The notes beneath the pieces are model-generated. The model was given only the letters and a program-made list of their open reading frames with translations, did no database searches and was not told the origin of the DNA. From contig CAVSGI010000014.1 of assembly GCA_963727445.1 (NCBI GenBank), forward strand, positions 64,001 to 128,000: a stretch of 64,000 nucleotides of DNA, in the 5' to 3' direction. Origin of the DNA: an uncultured delta proteobacterium. GTDB taxonomy: Bacteria > Myxococcota_A > Polyangia > Polyangiales > B10-G4. Shown here piece by piece: positions 14,234 to 24,785 of the stretch (within the stretch, counting starts at the first letter, position 1; each line of letters begins with the position of its first letter). The position numbers and the translations under genes were made by a program.

Positions 14234-14772
14234 TGAAGACGCGGTCCACACTCCCGGCTCGAGACCACTCCGCTCCGGCCTTCTACGGGCGCCGCCGGAG
14301 GCGGCGCTCCGGCCACGCCACCGCCGAGGCGGTGATCATGATCCCGTTCTTCATCATGGTCTGGGGCTGCGTCATCTGGGCGAGCCAGTCTTTCGAGAAC
14401 GAGATCGATCTGGCGGCCAAGACCCGCGAGCACGCGTGGCAGCACGCCATGAACAACTGCAACGGCCCGAGCGGCGCGAGCGACGGCACGCAGGTCACGA
14501 GCTACTCGGGTGGCGGAATCATGGGCGCGGTCTCCGAGGTCACGAGCTTGATCGATCAGGTCATCGGCCTGTTCTCCTTCGCCAGCGAATGGCCCGGGCT
14601 GTCCTTCGACGAGCACGAGTACGTTCGCCAGGGCGTGGTGCCCTCGCCCGAGGTGGCCGGCGGCGAGGACCGGCAGACCTACTATCACGACGTGTTGATG
14701 TGTAACGAAGAGCACGACACGCCCGACATCGAAGAGACGGCGTGGAAGGCCTTCACGGTGTTCGGATTCTGA
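14233..14772 (+). CDS. TadE/TadF-like pseudopilin
   Basis: RRSG|HATAEAVIMIPFF plus hydrophobic helix; TGATG coupling. Confidence 0.75.
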   Translation: MKTRSTLPARDHSAPAFYGRRRRRRSGHATAEAVIMIPFFIMVWGCVIWASQSFENEIDLAAKTREHAWQHAMNNCNGPSGASDGTQVTSYSGGGIMGAVSEVTSLIDQVIGLFSFASEWPGLSFDEHEYVRQGVVPSPEVAGGEDRQTYYHDVLMCNEEHDTPDIEETAWKAFTVFGF

Positions 14773-15743
14773 TGGACAAGCCCAAGTACACACGAATGGG
14801 AGTGGTCTGGCGGGTCAAGCACTACGGCCCGAAGATCCTGCGGCTCAGCTTCTTCCTGGCGCTCGTCTACGTCGGCTTGCTCGCCGTCATCGGCTACCAG
14901 GCGCGGGCGCAGGTGAGTGAGCAGATGATGAGCCTGGGCGTCGACATGCTCCGCTACGAGGGCGCGGAGTATCAGCGCGCGCCGCGGACCATGTATCTGA
15001 ACGGCCAGGCGATGAAGCTCTCGACCGGCCTGGCGCCCCAGGATCTGACCTACGTCCTCGACTACTACGAGTCGCGCTGCCGCGACCGGAGCGGGCACCT
15101 CGGCGACCAGCTCCTCGAGCTGATGGAAGGCGACCCGGAGATCGGCGAGGCGGAGGCGCGCGTCCTCGACCCCACCCTGCGCGAAGAGGACGACGACGAA
15201 GGCTTCGTCGCATGCATCGACACGCTCAGCGACGAAAAGCTCGACCCCGAAGGCGTGGCCGCGGCCTTCGAGCGTTTCCAGAACTCGCTCGACCTCGCCG
15301 AGTTCGGCGAGATGCGATACATCTACGCCCAGCGCGCGGCGGAGGGCGGCACGTTCTTCGTGGCCTTCTGGATCGAAGGCTCCTTCAAGGTCGCCGACAT
15401 GTTCCCGGCCGAAGGCGATGCGCCGGGACGCGACGTCGCTGGCGTGCCCCGTCCCCCGAATTCGCGGCGGCTCCTCAGCACCTGGGAGGAAGACCAGCCG
15501 CAGGCGATCACCACCTACGTCGGAGGCACGCACGGGCCGGACGAGCTCGAGGAGTTCTACCGCGCCGAGATGCAGAGCGGCGGGTGGCACATCCTCGAGA
15601 TGGATCAGGACGTCCTCGACCAGCTCGGAGGCGCCCCGCCGCCCGAGAACTTCCTCACGTACGAGCAAGGCGACCGGATGGTCAGCATCGCGCTCTTGAA
15701 CAGCGATCAGGGCCCGACGGCGTCGATCCTCACGCACCGCTGA
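14772..15743 (+). CDS. Hypothetical membrane-anchored periplasmic protein in Tad locus
   Basis: Single N-terminal TM segment; TGATG coupling on both sides. Confidence 0.7.
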   Translation: MDKPKYTRMGVVWRVKHYGPKILRLSFFLALVYVGLLAVIGYQARAQVSEQMMSLGVDMLRYEGAEYQRAPRTMYLNGQAMKLSTGLAPQDLTYVLDYYESRCRDRSGHLGDQLLELMEGDPEIGEAEARVLDPTLREEDDDEGFVACIDTLSDEKLDPEGVAAAFERFQNSLDLAEFGEMRYIYAQRAAEGGTFFVAFWIEGSFKVADMFPAEGDAPGRDVAGVPRPPNSRRLLSTWEEDQPQAITTYVGGTHGPDELEEFYRAEMQSGGWHILEMDQDVLDQLGGAPPPENFLTYEQGDRMVSIALLNSDQGPTASILTHR

Positions 15744-16513
15744 TGTCGACTTCACGAAAGACGACGATCCTCCTCGCGCTCGCAGGCGCAGTGCTCGCGT
15801 CGGCGGTCGTGGCCTGTGAGGATTCGGACCCGCTGCCGCGCGAAGAGGATCTTCCCAACATCCCGCGTGAGCCCGTCGATCGCCTCGGGCGCGACGACAC
15901 GACGCAAGAGGCCATGCCGGTGCGCACCAAGGTGGTCTCCGATGGCCCCTCGGACACGATCACCCTCGGCGCCTACCGCGCCGGAGGGGCTGGCGGTGGC
16001 GGGGATCGGTTGCGCGGCCGGCCGCCAGGCTTTCCCCGCGGCACCCGACAGGAGCCCGAAGACATGCACGCCGCCGCCCGTGACGCGGTGAGCCAGCAGC
16101 GGCGCGCCGGCTCCGAGGCGTGTCAGCTCGCCTACGAGGCCGCGCGCGATCTGCGTCAGGCGCGTCAATCGAAGACCCCGGGTCGCGGAAGCGGCTCGGT
16201 CGATCGCGACCAGTTCATCGAGATGTGCGAGCTCCGCCCGGACATCGAGCAGTGGTGTCTGGTGCCGAGCTACGTGCAGCAGCACTCCGACGAGTGCGAT
16301 CAGCGGGCCCACACGCGCTACGCGCGGGCCATCGAGCGTTACGAGAACCGCGCTGGCGGCGCCGCCGACGACTGGGCACCTGCCGCCGATCCCTCTTCGC
16401 CGCCAGGACCTGCCGCCGTCGACGCGCCCCAGGTCGGACCGCGAAGGGTCCCGGGGCCGGAGGACAGCGAAGGGAGCGACACGACGCCCGATTCTGCCGA
16501 GGAGGGTGAGTAG
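15743..16513 (+). CDS. Hypothetical lipoprotein
   Basis: Lipobox VVAC-ED; four Cys in C-terminal helical part; TGATG coupling. Confidence 0.7.
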   Translation: MSTSRKTTILLALAGAVLASAVVACEDSDPLPREEDLPNIPREPVDRLGRDDTTQEAMPVRTKVVSDGPSDTITLGAYRAGGAGGGGDRLRGRPPGFPRGTRQEPEDMHAAARDAVSQQRRAGSEACQLAYEAARDLRQARQSKTPGRGSGSVDRDQFIEMCELRPDIEQWCLVPSYVQQHSDECDQRAHTRYARAIERYENRAGGAADDWAPAADPSSPPGPAAVDAPQVGPRRVPGPEDSEGSDTTPDSAEEGE

Positions 16514-16560
16514 CCCGGCCACGATTGACTCTGCGCGTCGCGCCCTCGCATGATGCCTCC

Positions 16561-17553
16561 ATGAAGAGCTCCCCCATCTTCACCCTCTGCCTCGGTGCCG
16601 CGCTCGCAATGGCGGCATGCGGCGACGACGGCGGCGCCGGCGACGGCGGGGGCATGGACGCGACGGGGCCGGGCGGCGAAGGCGCCGCCTGCAGCACCTT
16701 CACCGACTGCCGCTCCGACCTCGATTGCATCATGGGCGTCTGCACCGCCCCCGCGGGCGCGATGGGGGATCGCTGCATCTACACCGAGCGCTGCATGGAC
16801 GGTCTCTACTGCTCCGTTCCCCGCACCTGCCAGCCCGAGGGCTCCGGCACGCTCTTTTCGACATGCACCGACAGCGGCGACTGCGAAAAGCCCCTCGTCT
16901 GCGCGATGGAGGGGGGCTCTCTCCGCTGCGTGATGGGCGGGACGGGCGATATCGGGCCGCCGGGCGACCCCTGCACCACCCTGGCGGATTGCCTGCCCGG
17001 TCTCTTCTGTATGGGCGGGGTCTGCACGGGTGAAGGGGGCAGCGGCGCGGACGCCGGTCTCGACGGGAGCGGCGGCGACGGTGGGCCCTCGGACGCGAGC
17101 GCGGACGTGGGCGGCCCCTGCGAAACCGTCACCGACTGTGACGACATGAACGAGTGCACCATCGACCAGTGCGTGGGCACCCGATGCCAGTACACGCTGC
17201 AGGACGGTGACGAGGACGGCTACGCCAGCACCCTCTTCGGGAGCTCCTGCCGCGACTGCAACGACATGAACGCCGACGTCAATCCGGACCACACCGAGTT
17301 CGAGACCACGCGTCACACCGACATGCTCCCGGGCACGCCCGACAGCTTCGACTGGAACTGCGACGGGATGGACGAGCTCCAGTATCCGAGCCGCGTCCCG
17401 GCGTGCGACAGCGTTGCCGGCACCTGCTCGAGCGGGGAAGGCTGGGCGGGCGCGGTCCCCGGATGCGGCATGAGCGGCACGTGGGCGAGCTGCAGCGGTC
17501 CGCCGGGCTGCACCATCAGCACCATCGAGACCCGCGTTCAGGGTTGCCGCTGA
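16561..17553 (+). CDS. Cysteine-rich lipoprotein with putative metal-binding motif
   Basis: Lipobox MAAC-GDD; repeated C-x4-C-x4/5-C-x3/4-C units; DGDEDGY..DCNDMNADVNP..DWNCDG. Confidence 0.75.
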   Translation: MKSSPIFTLCLGAALAMAACGDDGGAGDGGGMDATGPGGEGAACSTFTDCRSDLDCIMGVCTAPAGAMGDRCIYTERCMDGLYCSVPRTCQPEGSGTLFSTCTDSGDCEKPLVCAMEGGSLRCVMGGTGDIGPPGDPCTTLADCLPGLFCMGGVCTGEGGSGADAGLDGSGGDGGPSDASADVGGPCETVTDCDDMNECTIDQCVGTRCQYTLQDGDEDGYASTLFGSSCRDCNDMNADVNPDHTEFETTRHTDMLPGTPDSFDWNCDGMDELQYPSRVPACDSVAGTCSSGEGWAGAVPGCGMSGTWASCSGPPGCTISTIETRVQGCR

Positions 17554-17556
17554 CGA

Positions 17557-17967
17557 GTGATGCACCGCCTCCTCCCCCTGCCCTTCCTGTTGTTCCTCAC
17601 GACGGCCTGCTCCGGCCCGGACCCCGTCGACGAGACGCACGAGGGAACACTCAGCGACGCGGATCAGCGCCACCACTCCGACGGCTCGTTCTATGACGAG
17701 TACGAGATCGAGGCGGGCGAGGGCTATCGCATCGTGGTGACGATGGAGTCCGCCGAGCTCGATCCCTTCCTGCACGTCTTCGGGCCCGAGGACTCGCCGG
17801 ACCAGCAATGGCAGAACGACGATCGGGCGGGCGACGACCGGAGCGCGCGTATCGAAGAGACCGCGCCGGTCTCCGGCACCTACACCATCTGGGCAAACTC
17901 CCACCGAGAGGGGGAGACGGGCAGCTACCGTCTCCGCATCCAAACCGAGCGACCCGCGGGCGGGTGA
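17557..17967 (+). CDS. Lipoprotein with pre-peptidase C-terminal (PPC)-like domain
   Basis: Lipobox TTAC-SG; YDEYEIEA..DPFLHVFGP..NDD..SGTYTI..GSYRL. Confidence 0.75.
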   Translation: MMHRLLPLPFLLFLTTACSGPDPVDETHEGTLSDADQRHHSDGSFYDEYEIEAGEGYRIVVTMESAELDPFLHVFGPEDSPDQQWQNDDRAGDDRSARIEETAPVSGTYTIWANSHREGETGSYRLRIQTERPAGG

Positions 17968-18113
17968 AGAGAGGCCATGTTCGCTGATTCATTCAGTAAG
18001 TACGTCGCGACGCCGGGGGCTGGCCAGGCCCGGGAGTCGCTCATAGGCCCCAGGGACGAAGGGGCCAGTCGGCCGTGGAGGCGGGGGTGGTTTTTCGATA
18101 GGATTCCGCCGAG

Positions 18114-18905
18114 ATGAACCGTGCAGCCTTCGTTGCCGCCGCCGTGGCGGCGCTCATCGGCCTCGCGCTCCTGTGGCTGTACATGAAGCGCTTCGAGGAG
18201 GAGTCCTCGGGTGGGTCGCCCATCGCCGTGGTGATGGCCACCCAGGACATCCCACTCGGGGCGACGATCACCAACGAGATGATCGGCATTCGCAACCTTC
18301 CGTCGTCATACGTGGAAGAGCGCCACATCCGCGCCGCCGACGCGGAGCGCATCGTCGGCGTCCGCGTCAGCATGGGCGTCAAGGCCAACGAGTCGCTGCT
18401 CTGGACCGACCTGGCGACGACCGCCCAGCAGCGGCGAGACCTCTCCGGTCTGGTCCGCAACGGCATGCGCGCGATCACGGTCAAGGCCGAGATGGAGAGC
18501 GCCTTCGGTGGCCTGCTCCGGCCGGGTGACCGCGTGGACGTGCTGCTGACCACGATGAAGGAGGCCAGTCGGGAGCAGGTGACGATCCCGCTGCTGCAGA
18601 ACGTGCTGGTGCTCGCCGTCGGCGCCGATGTCGGCGCGACCCAGTCCGCGCGCCGCGACCCGCGCCAGCGCTACCGCGAGGTCTCGCTCAGCACCACCGT
18701 CGAGCAGGCGCAGATCCTCGCCTTCGCCGGAGACGCGGGGAAGATCACGCTGATCCTGCGCAACCCGGACGACATCGCGATCCTCGAGGAGCTTCCCGAG
18801 ACGACCGCGAGAGACATCATGGAGATCGAGCAACGCCGCGCGCTCATCCGGCGCGAGCCCACGCAGGGTCCGCGTCTACCCGTGAACCTCGGGGGCATGC
18901 AATGA
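18114..18905 (+). CDS. cpaB: Flp pilus assembly protein CpaB/RcpC
   Basis: N-terminal TM, SAF domain (VMATQDIPLGATI), GMRAITV, LRPGDRVDVL, LLQNVLVLAVG. Confidence 0.93.
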   Translation: MNRAAFVAAAVAALIGLALLWLYMKRFEEESSGGSPIAVVMATQDIPLGATITNEMIGIRNLPSSYVEERHIRAADAERIVGVRVSMGVKANESLLWTDLATTAQQRRDLSGLVRNGMRAITVKAEMESAFGGLLRPGDRVDVLLTTMKEASREQVTIPLLQNVLVLAVGADVGATQSARRDPRQRYREVSLSTTVEQAQILAFAGDAGKITLILRNPDDIAILEELPETTARDIMEIEQRRALIRREPTQGPRLPVNLGGMQ

Positions 18906-20077
18906 AGAGTCTTGATGCACGACCAGCCCGGTGTGCGTTCGTAGCCTTGTTCCTGCTCGGGCTCCTGTCGCCGTCGGTCGCCTCCGCGCAGCGCACCCAA
19001 AGGCGCGATCTGGAGCTGATGGTCGGCGAGCAGACGTCCATCTCGGGCGAAGGCGTCGAGAACTACTCGGAGGGCGTGCGGAACATCGTCGACGTGCGTG
19101 TCACATCGGACGGAACGCAGTTCGTGATCGTCGCTCTCGCCCCCGGCACGACGACCCTCCTGCTGATCTATCCCGATCACCAGGTGCAGTACCGAATCAC
19201 CGTTCGCAGCCCCGACGAGGGGCCCGAGGGAATTCAGGAAGCGGACAACATCCGTCTCGACTTCTACTTCATGCAGCTGGCCCAGAGTTACGGGCACAAC
19301 ATCGGCATCCACTGGCCCTCGAGCATCGGCGGGACGGCGACCTTCAACTCCACCTTCGATCTGCTCGGCCCCGCCTTCACCAACGCGACGGCGATCATCA
19401 CCAACCAGCCGCTCCCCCGCCTCGACCTTCTGCAGTCGTCGGGCTGGGCGCGCGTGATGCGGCAGGCGGCGGTGATCACCGCCAACGGGCATCCGGCCAA
19501 CTTCTCGAGCGGCGAAGAGGTGAACATTCTCGTCGCTGGGGGGCTCACCGGGCAGCTGCAGAAGGTCAAGGTCGGCTCGAACATCAACGTGACCCCTCGC
19601 TACGACCGCGAGACCGGCCGGATCGAGCTCACCGTCAGCGCCGAGGTCTCGAACCTGACGGATGGGCGCGGCACCGGCGTCCCGGGCCGCTTGATCTCGT
19701 CCGTCGACACCCAGGTGAACCTGGAGATGGGCCAGGCGGTGGTGCTCGGTGGTCTCCTCGCAGAATCACAGACCATGGACCAGGGGGGCCTGCCTGGTCT
19801 CAGCCAGATCCCGATCATCGGCGTCTTCTTCGGCACGAACAAGACCGCGCGCGAGTACTCGCAGAACGTGCTCTTCATCGTGCCGACGGTCGTCGACGTC
19901 GTGTCCCAGCAGGCACGGCAGCGCATCGCGGACGCCTTCGACGTCTACTGGGATTACACGGGTGGGCTCTACGATCTGCAGCTGGTGGACATGCCTCCGG
20001 GCGTTCCGTCCGCTGCGCATCCCGATGGTCGCTCCGACCAGGTCCAGCCCGCGCCATCGTCGGGAGGCGGCGACTGA
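18902..20077 (+). CDS. cpaC: Tad secretin CpaC/RcpA
   Basis: Signal peptide, pilus-formation N domain (PGTTTLLL), ANFSSGEEV, GQAVVLGGL, LPGLSQIPIIGVFF. Confidence 0.88.
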   Translation: MKSLDARPARCAFVALFLLGLLSPSVASAQRTQRRDLELMVGEQTSISGEGVENYSEGVRNIVDVRVTSDGTQFVIVALAPGTTTLLLIYPDHQVQYRITVRSPDEGPEGIQEADNIRLDFYFMQLAQSYGHNIGIHWPSSIGGTATFNSTFDLLGPAFTNATAIITNQPLPRLDLLQSSGWARVMRQAAVITANGHPANFSSGEEVNILVAGGLTGQLQKVKVGSNINVTPRYDRETGRIELTVSAEVSNLTDGRGTGVPGRLISSVDTQVNLEMGQAVVLGGLLAESQTMDQGGLPGLSQIPIIGVFFGTNKTAREYSQNVLFIVPTVVDVVSQQARQRIADAFDVYWDYTGGLYDLQLVDMPPGVPSAAHPDGRSDQVQPAPSSGGGD

Positions 20078-20088
20078 GGCCCACCCGT

Positions 20089-21957
20089 ATGAGCTCCAGC
20101 CACCCGCAGACCATCTATCTGGGGATCGAAACCGCCGACGGCGGAATGGAGCGGCTTCGCATCGACGAGGTCGGCCCGGTCTTCATCGGTCGTGACCAGT
20201 CGTGCCACGTGGTCCTGCCCTCGCCCGACGTGTCGCGCCGGCACGTGGCGCTCAAGGCCGAGGACGGACGGGTGCGCCTCACCGACAAGAGCGCCAACGG
20301 CACCTTCGTGGGAGAGCGCGGCAAGCGGGTCCACAACACCACGGTGATCATCGGACCCGGCGTTCCCTTCCGGGTGGGCCCCTACAACCTACAGGTGCTC
20401 CCCGACCGCGAGCATGCGCGGGCGCGCGTCAGCCACGGTCCGGTGGCGGCGCCGGAGATGCCCGAGAACAACGACTTCGCCCCCAGCCCCGACGACGCGA
20501 CCCTCGCGCCGCAGGACATGGAGCAGATGCGCCGCGACCGCGATGCCGCGGCGGCTGCGGCCGCGGAGGCTCGGCGCCAGCGCGACGAAGCACAGAAGAA
20601 GGAAGTCTCCGTCGTCGGCTCGCTGGCCTCACGCATCCCGCAGCTCGGTTCGCGCTCGCCCAAGTCGAGCGCCTACGGGTCGAGCGGCACGGCGATGGTG
20701 CCGGTGGAAGCGCGCCGCACCATCCACCGGATGCTCCTCGATCACCTCGACCTCGCGAGCCTCGATCGCAACAAGATGGACGACCGCAGCATGCGGCCGA
20801 AGGTGCGTGAAGCGTTGACGCGCATCGTCCGGGCGGCGGCATCGAGCCTGCCCGATGGGACGAGCATCGCCGCGCTCATCGAGGAGATCACCGACGAGGC
20901 GCTGGGCCTCGGCCCGCTCGAGGCGCTCCTCGCCGACGAGCTGGTGAGCGAGATCATGGTCGTTGACCCGAACACGATCTTCATCGAGCGAGGGGGCAAG
21001 ATCGAGCTCACCGATCTGCGCTTCACCGACGACGACGCGGTTCGCGCGTGCATCGAGCGCATCGTCACGCCCCTCGGGCGGCGCATCGACGAATCGACGC
21101 CGCTGGTGGACGCCCGCCTCGCCGATGGCTCGCGCGTCAACGCGGTCATCCCACCGCTGGCCCTCCGCGGCCCCTGCATCACGATCCGAAAGTTCGCGAA
21201 GGATCCGCTCACCATCGATCACCTGATCAAGTTCGGGGCGATGACCGAGCAGATGGCGCTCTTCCTGACGCGCACCGTGGTGACGCGTCAGAACGTCATC
21301 ATCAGCGGCGGCACCGGCAGCGGTAAGACGACCCTCCTCAACGTGCTCTCGGCGGCGATCCCCGCGGACGAGCGCATCGTCACCATCGAGGACGCCGCCG
21401 AGCTCCGGCTGGTGCAGCCGCACGTGGTCTCCCTCGAAGCGCGCCCGCCCAACATGGAGGGCAAGGGGGCGGTGACGATCCGCGATCTCGTGAAGAACGC
21501 CCTGCGCATGCGCCCCGACCGCATCGTCGTCGGCGAGTGTCGAGGCGGCGAGGCGCTGGACATGCTCCAGGCGATGAACACCGGTCACGAGGGCTCGATG
21601 ACCACCACGCACGCCAACAGCCCTCGCGAAGCGCTCAACCGTCTCGAGACGCTCTGCCTGATGAGCGGGATCGAGCTGCCTTCGCGCGCGATCCGCGAGC
21701 AGATCGCCAACAGCGTCGACATCATCCTGCAGCAGACGCGCTTCTCCGACGGCTCGCGCCGCATCACCGCCATCACCGAGGTGACCGGCATCAACGACGA
21801 GGGCGAGATCGAGCACGCGGACATCTTCCGCTTCGTCCGCACCGGCACCGGGAAGGACGGAAAGGTGCTCGGCGAGTTCCAGGCGACGGGATACCTGCCG
21901 ACATTCCTCGACGACTTCATCACCCACGGGCTCGTGGCGGAGGGGGACTACCTCTAG
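20089..21957 (+). CDS. cpaF: CpaF/TadA ATPase with N-terminal FHA domain
   Basis: FHA: IGR..VSRRH..SANGT; ATPase: [53 protein letters not shown]. Confidence 0.95.
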   Translation: MSSSHPQTIYLGIETADGGMERLRIDEVGPVFIGRDQSCHVVLPSPDVSRRHVALKAEDGRVRLTDKSANGTFVGERGKRVHNTTVIIGPGVPFRVGPYNLQVLPDREHARARVSHGPVAAPEMPENNDFAPSPDDATLAPQDMEQMRRDRDAAAAAAAEARRQRDEAQKKEVSVVGSLASRIPQLGSRSPKSSAYGSSGTAMVPVEARRTIHRMLLDHLDLASLDRNKMDDRSMRPKVREALTRIVRAAASSLPDGTSIAALIEEITDEALGLGPLEALLADELVSEIMVVDPNTIFIERGGKIELTDLRFTDDDAVRACIERIVTPLGRRIDESTPLVDARLADGSRVNAVIPPLALRGPCITIRKFAKDPLTIDHLIKFGAMTEQMALFLTRTVVTRQNVIISGGTGSGKTTLLNVLSAAIPADERIVTIEDAAELRLVQPHVVSLEARPPNMEGKGAVTIRDLVKNALRMRPDRIVVGECRGGEALDMLQAMNTGHEGSMTTTHANSPREALNRLETLCLMSGIELPSRAIREQIANSVDIILQQTRFSDGSRRITAITEVTGINDEGEIEHADIFRFVRTGTGKDGKVLGEFQATGYLPTFLDDFITHGLVAEGDYL

Positions 21958-22117
21958 TGCCTGGTCCAATGACACAGAAGGGTTCTCGCTCGTTCGTCGC
22001 CCGCCTCGCCGCGTCGACAAACCTCGAATGTGCGCTGCACGTCCTTCGGTATCCCTCCTTGCGACGCGACCGACGTCCGTCGCGATCTCCCCTTCCGTAT
22101 CATCGGACCAGACACTA

Positions 22118-22990
22118 GTGCCTTACCTCAACCGCATCTCGCTCGATTTTCTCGCCTACGGCGGCATTTTGCTGACCGTCATCGGCTTCGTGGTGGGTGG
22201 GACCATCCTCGCCGTCGACGAGCACGGCTGGGTCCGTCGCAACTACGACAAGTACGTCAAGGCCATCGACGCCGAGCACAAGTTCCTCTTCATCGACAAG
22301 CCGGGGAAGAACACGGCCAAGGGACAGCTGCTATCCAGCCTCGTCTGCCTGGTGGTGGGCATCTTCATGGAGGAGCCCCTGCTCCTGGTCTTGATCCCGA
22401 TCATCGCGACCCTGCCGATGTACTCGCTCAAACGGCAGCACCAGAAGCGCCTCGAGCAGCTCGAGCTCCAGCTCGACTCCTGGCTCCTGATTCTGGCGAA
22501 CGCGCTCAAGGCGACGCCCAGCCTCGGTGAAGCCATCCGCGCCAGCGCCAAGATCATGCGCCCGCCGATCGGTCAAGAGCTCGACCTCCTGCTCAAGGAG
22601 ATCAACCTGGGCACACCGCTGGACATCGGCATCCGCAGCATGTCGGAGCGTATCGCCAGCCCCATGATCAGCGGCGCCCTCGCCACCATCCTGGTCGGGC
22701 GTCAGACGGGTGGTGACATCCCGCGCATCCTCGAAGAGTCCGCAGCCACGCTGCGCGAGATGCAGCGGCTCGAAGGCGTGGTCCGCACCAAGACGGCAGA
22801 GGGCAAGTCGCAGGCCTACGTCCTCGGAGTGATCCCCTTCGTCCTGATCGGCGCCATCCAGATCATCGATCCCAACTGGCTCAGGCCGCTGACGGAGACG
22901 ACCATTGGCTTCATCGTGATCGCCGTCGCGATGGTTCTTTGGATCGGGGCCATCTTGGCGGCGCGTAAAATCCTCGCGGTGGACGTCTAG
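22118..22990 (+). CDS. tadB: TadB inner-membrane platform protein (start uncertain, 22028-22118)
   Basis: T2SSF-like domain, QTGGDIPRIL, KTAEGKSQAYVL, C-terminal TMs. Confidence 0.88.
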   Translation: MPYLNRISLDFLAYGGILLTVIGFVVGGTILAVDEHGWVRRNYDKYVKAIDAEHKFLFIDKPGKNTAKGQLLSSLVCLVVGIFMEEPLLLVLIPIIATLPMYSLKRQHQKRLEQLELQLDSWLLILANALKATPSLGEAIRASAKIMRPPIGQELDLLLKEINLGTPLDIGIRSMSERIASPMISGALATILVGRQTGGDIPRILEESAATLREMQRLEGVVRTKTAEGKSQAYVLGVIPFVLIGAIQIIDPNWLRPLTETTIGFIVIAVAMVLWIGAILAARKILAVDV

Positions 22991-22998
22991 GAAGTCGC

Positions 22999-23907
22999 GT
23001 GTTCGGCATCAAGCTCCAGATCATCGGCTACACAGGCGCAGGGATGCTCGCCCTGGCGCTCTTCGTGGTGGTCTACACGCTGGCCAAGAGCTCGCCGACC
23101 CTGGCGCCGGCCACCGGGGCGCGCGGCCTCAAGCGTGCGCGCGCCCTCGACGAAGGTGGCTCCTTCGCGACCATCGAGCCCTTGATGCGGTTGGTCGCGA
23201 GCTGGGTGGCGCCCTTCCCCCTCCCCAAGCTGCGCAAAGACATCGATCGCCAGCTGGTCCTCGCCGGCGACTGGTTGGGCCTCACGGCCAACGAGTTCAT
23301 CGCGCTCTCGATGCTCTCGTCGGTGCTCTTCCTGGCCATCGGCCTCATCGGCGGCCAGGTCATGGAGCTCTCGCCGCTCTTCAGCTTCTTCTTTCTCGGC
23401 GTCGGCGCCATGCTCCCCTACCTTCGGATGACCGGCGAGACGCAAGACCGCTTCAAGGCGATCAATCGCGGATTGCCCACCCAGATCGACCTCGCCTCGC
23501 TCTGCATGGGCGCCGGCCTCGATTTCCCGGGCGCGCTGCGCCAGATCGTCGACAAGGCGGTCGACAAGCGCAACCCGCTCGTCGAAGAGGTCATGCGCAT
23601 CCTGCAGGAGCTCGATCTCGGGCGCACCCGAAAGCAGGCCCTCGAGAACTTCGCCGAGCGCTGCCCCACGGACGCGGTCCGCGACTTCGTGGGCGCGGTG
23701 GTCCAGGCGGAGGAAAAGGGCAATCCTCTCGCCGAGGTCCTGCGGATTCAGGCTCGCATGCTGCGCATGCGGCGGAGCATCATGGCCGAGGAGAACGCCG
23801 CTCGCGCGGCGGTGTTGATGATGGGGCCCCTGATGCTGATCTTCTGCGCCATCATCCTCATCCTCCTCGGACCTTTCATCATCAACGGGATGAATAGCGG
23901 CTTCTGA
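22999..23907 (+). CDS. tadC: TadC inner-membrane platform protein
   Basis: LPTQIDLASLCMGAGL, ELDLGRTRKQAL, QAEEKGNPLAEVLR, AEENA. Confidence 0.9.
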   Translation: MFGIKLQIIGYTGAGMLALALFVVVYTLAKSSPTLAPATGARGLKRARALDEGGSFATIEPLMRLVASWVAPFPLPKLRKDIDRQLVLAGDWLGLTANEFIALSMLSSVLFLAIGLIGGQVMELSPLFSFFFLGVGAMLPYLRMTGETQDRFKAINRGLPTQIDLASLCMGAGLDFPGALRQIVDKAVDKRNPLVEEVMRILQELDLGRTRKQALENFAERCPTDAVRDFVGAVVQAEEKGNPLAEVLRIQARMLRMRRSIMAEENAARAAVLMMGPLMLIFCAIILILLGPFIINGMNSGF

Positions 23908-24785
23908 TGGACTCCTGGCTCGTAGTCAGCCGCGCAGACGGCAGCACGGTACGTCACGCCATCGAGGGCGAGCAGGCGACCGTCGGCAAGTCGCCCACCG
24001 CCGGGATCCCGCTGGTGAACTGCGAGGAGCTGATGGACGAGCACATGCTCGTCGCGCCCCGGCCCGACGGCTGTTGGGTCTCGGTCCGCGCCGGTGCATT
24101 CCCGGCGGTGACCCTCAAGGGTCGCACCATCGAGGGGGAGATCGTCCCCTGGAACTCCGAGCTCAAGGTCGGGCAGGTCACCATCCTGGTCACCGACAAG
24201 CTGTCGGCGGAGCGGAAGGGGTCGGGGGACAAGCCGGTGAGCTCGCCGGTGATGGTGCTGATGTTCGTGCTCATCCCGCTCGTCGGCTGGTTGGTCCTCT
24301 CCGATCCGGAGGCTTCGCTGCCCACCGGCCCGGAGGGCGCGCCTCCCGAGCTCTTCGATGCCGTGACCGAGTGTCCCGACTCGGGCTCGGCAGCGCTCCA
24401 TCACGCCCAGGAGGCCGCCGAAGCCGCGAGCCACCGAGCCGAGCGCTATCCCTTCGCGGCGCAAGACGGGGTGCAGGCCGTTCAGCTCTACGCCACCGCC
24501 GAGCTCTGTTACGCAGCGGCCGGTCAGCGAGGAGACTCGGCGCGCATCCGCCGCGAAAAGGAAGCGCTGCAGCAACGCCTCGAAGAGGACTACCGCACGC
24601 ATCGCCTCCGGCTCGAGCGCGGTCTCGAGCTCGAGCGCTGGGACGAGGCGCTGATCGAGGCCAAGAACCTCAACGACCTCCTCGCGCATCGCCAGGACAC
24701 GGAGTACGGGCAGTGGATGGAGCTGCTCGAAAGGCGCCTGCAGCTCATGGTGGATCAGGCGCTCAGCCGCCAGGAAGACCAATGA
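23907..24785 (+). CDS. Single-TM protein with degenerate FHA-like N-terminal domain
   Basis: TVGK..EH beta-rich N-terminus, TM segment, helical C-terminal part; TGATG coupling with tadC. Confidence 0.6.
   Translation: MDSWLVVSRADGSTVRHAIEGEQATVGKSPTAGIPLVNCEELMDEHMLVAPRPDGCWVSVRAGAFPAVTLKGRTIEGEIVPWNSELKVGQVTILVTDKLSAERKGSGDKPVSSPVMVLMFVLIPLVGWLVLSDPEASLPTGPEGAPPELFDAVTECPDSGSAALHHAQEAAEAASHRAERYPFAAQDGVQAVQLYATAELCYAAAGQRGDSARIRREKEALQQRLEEDYRTHRLRLERGLELERWDEALIEAKNLNDLLAHRQDTEYGQWMELLERRLQLMVDQALSRQEDQ

Noticed and set aside
18931..21957. 1008-aa ORF as a giant secretin-overlapping ATPase
   Set aside because: The first ~385 codons are an off-frame overlap of cpaC; the coherent protein starts at ATG 20089
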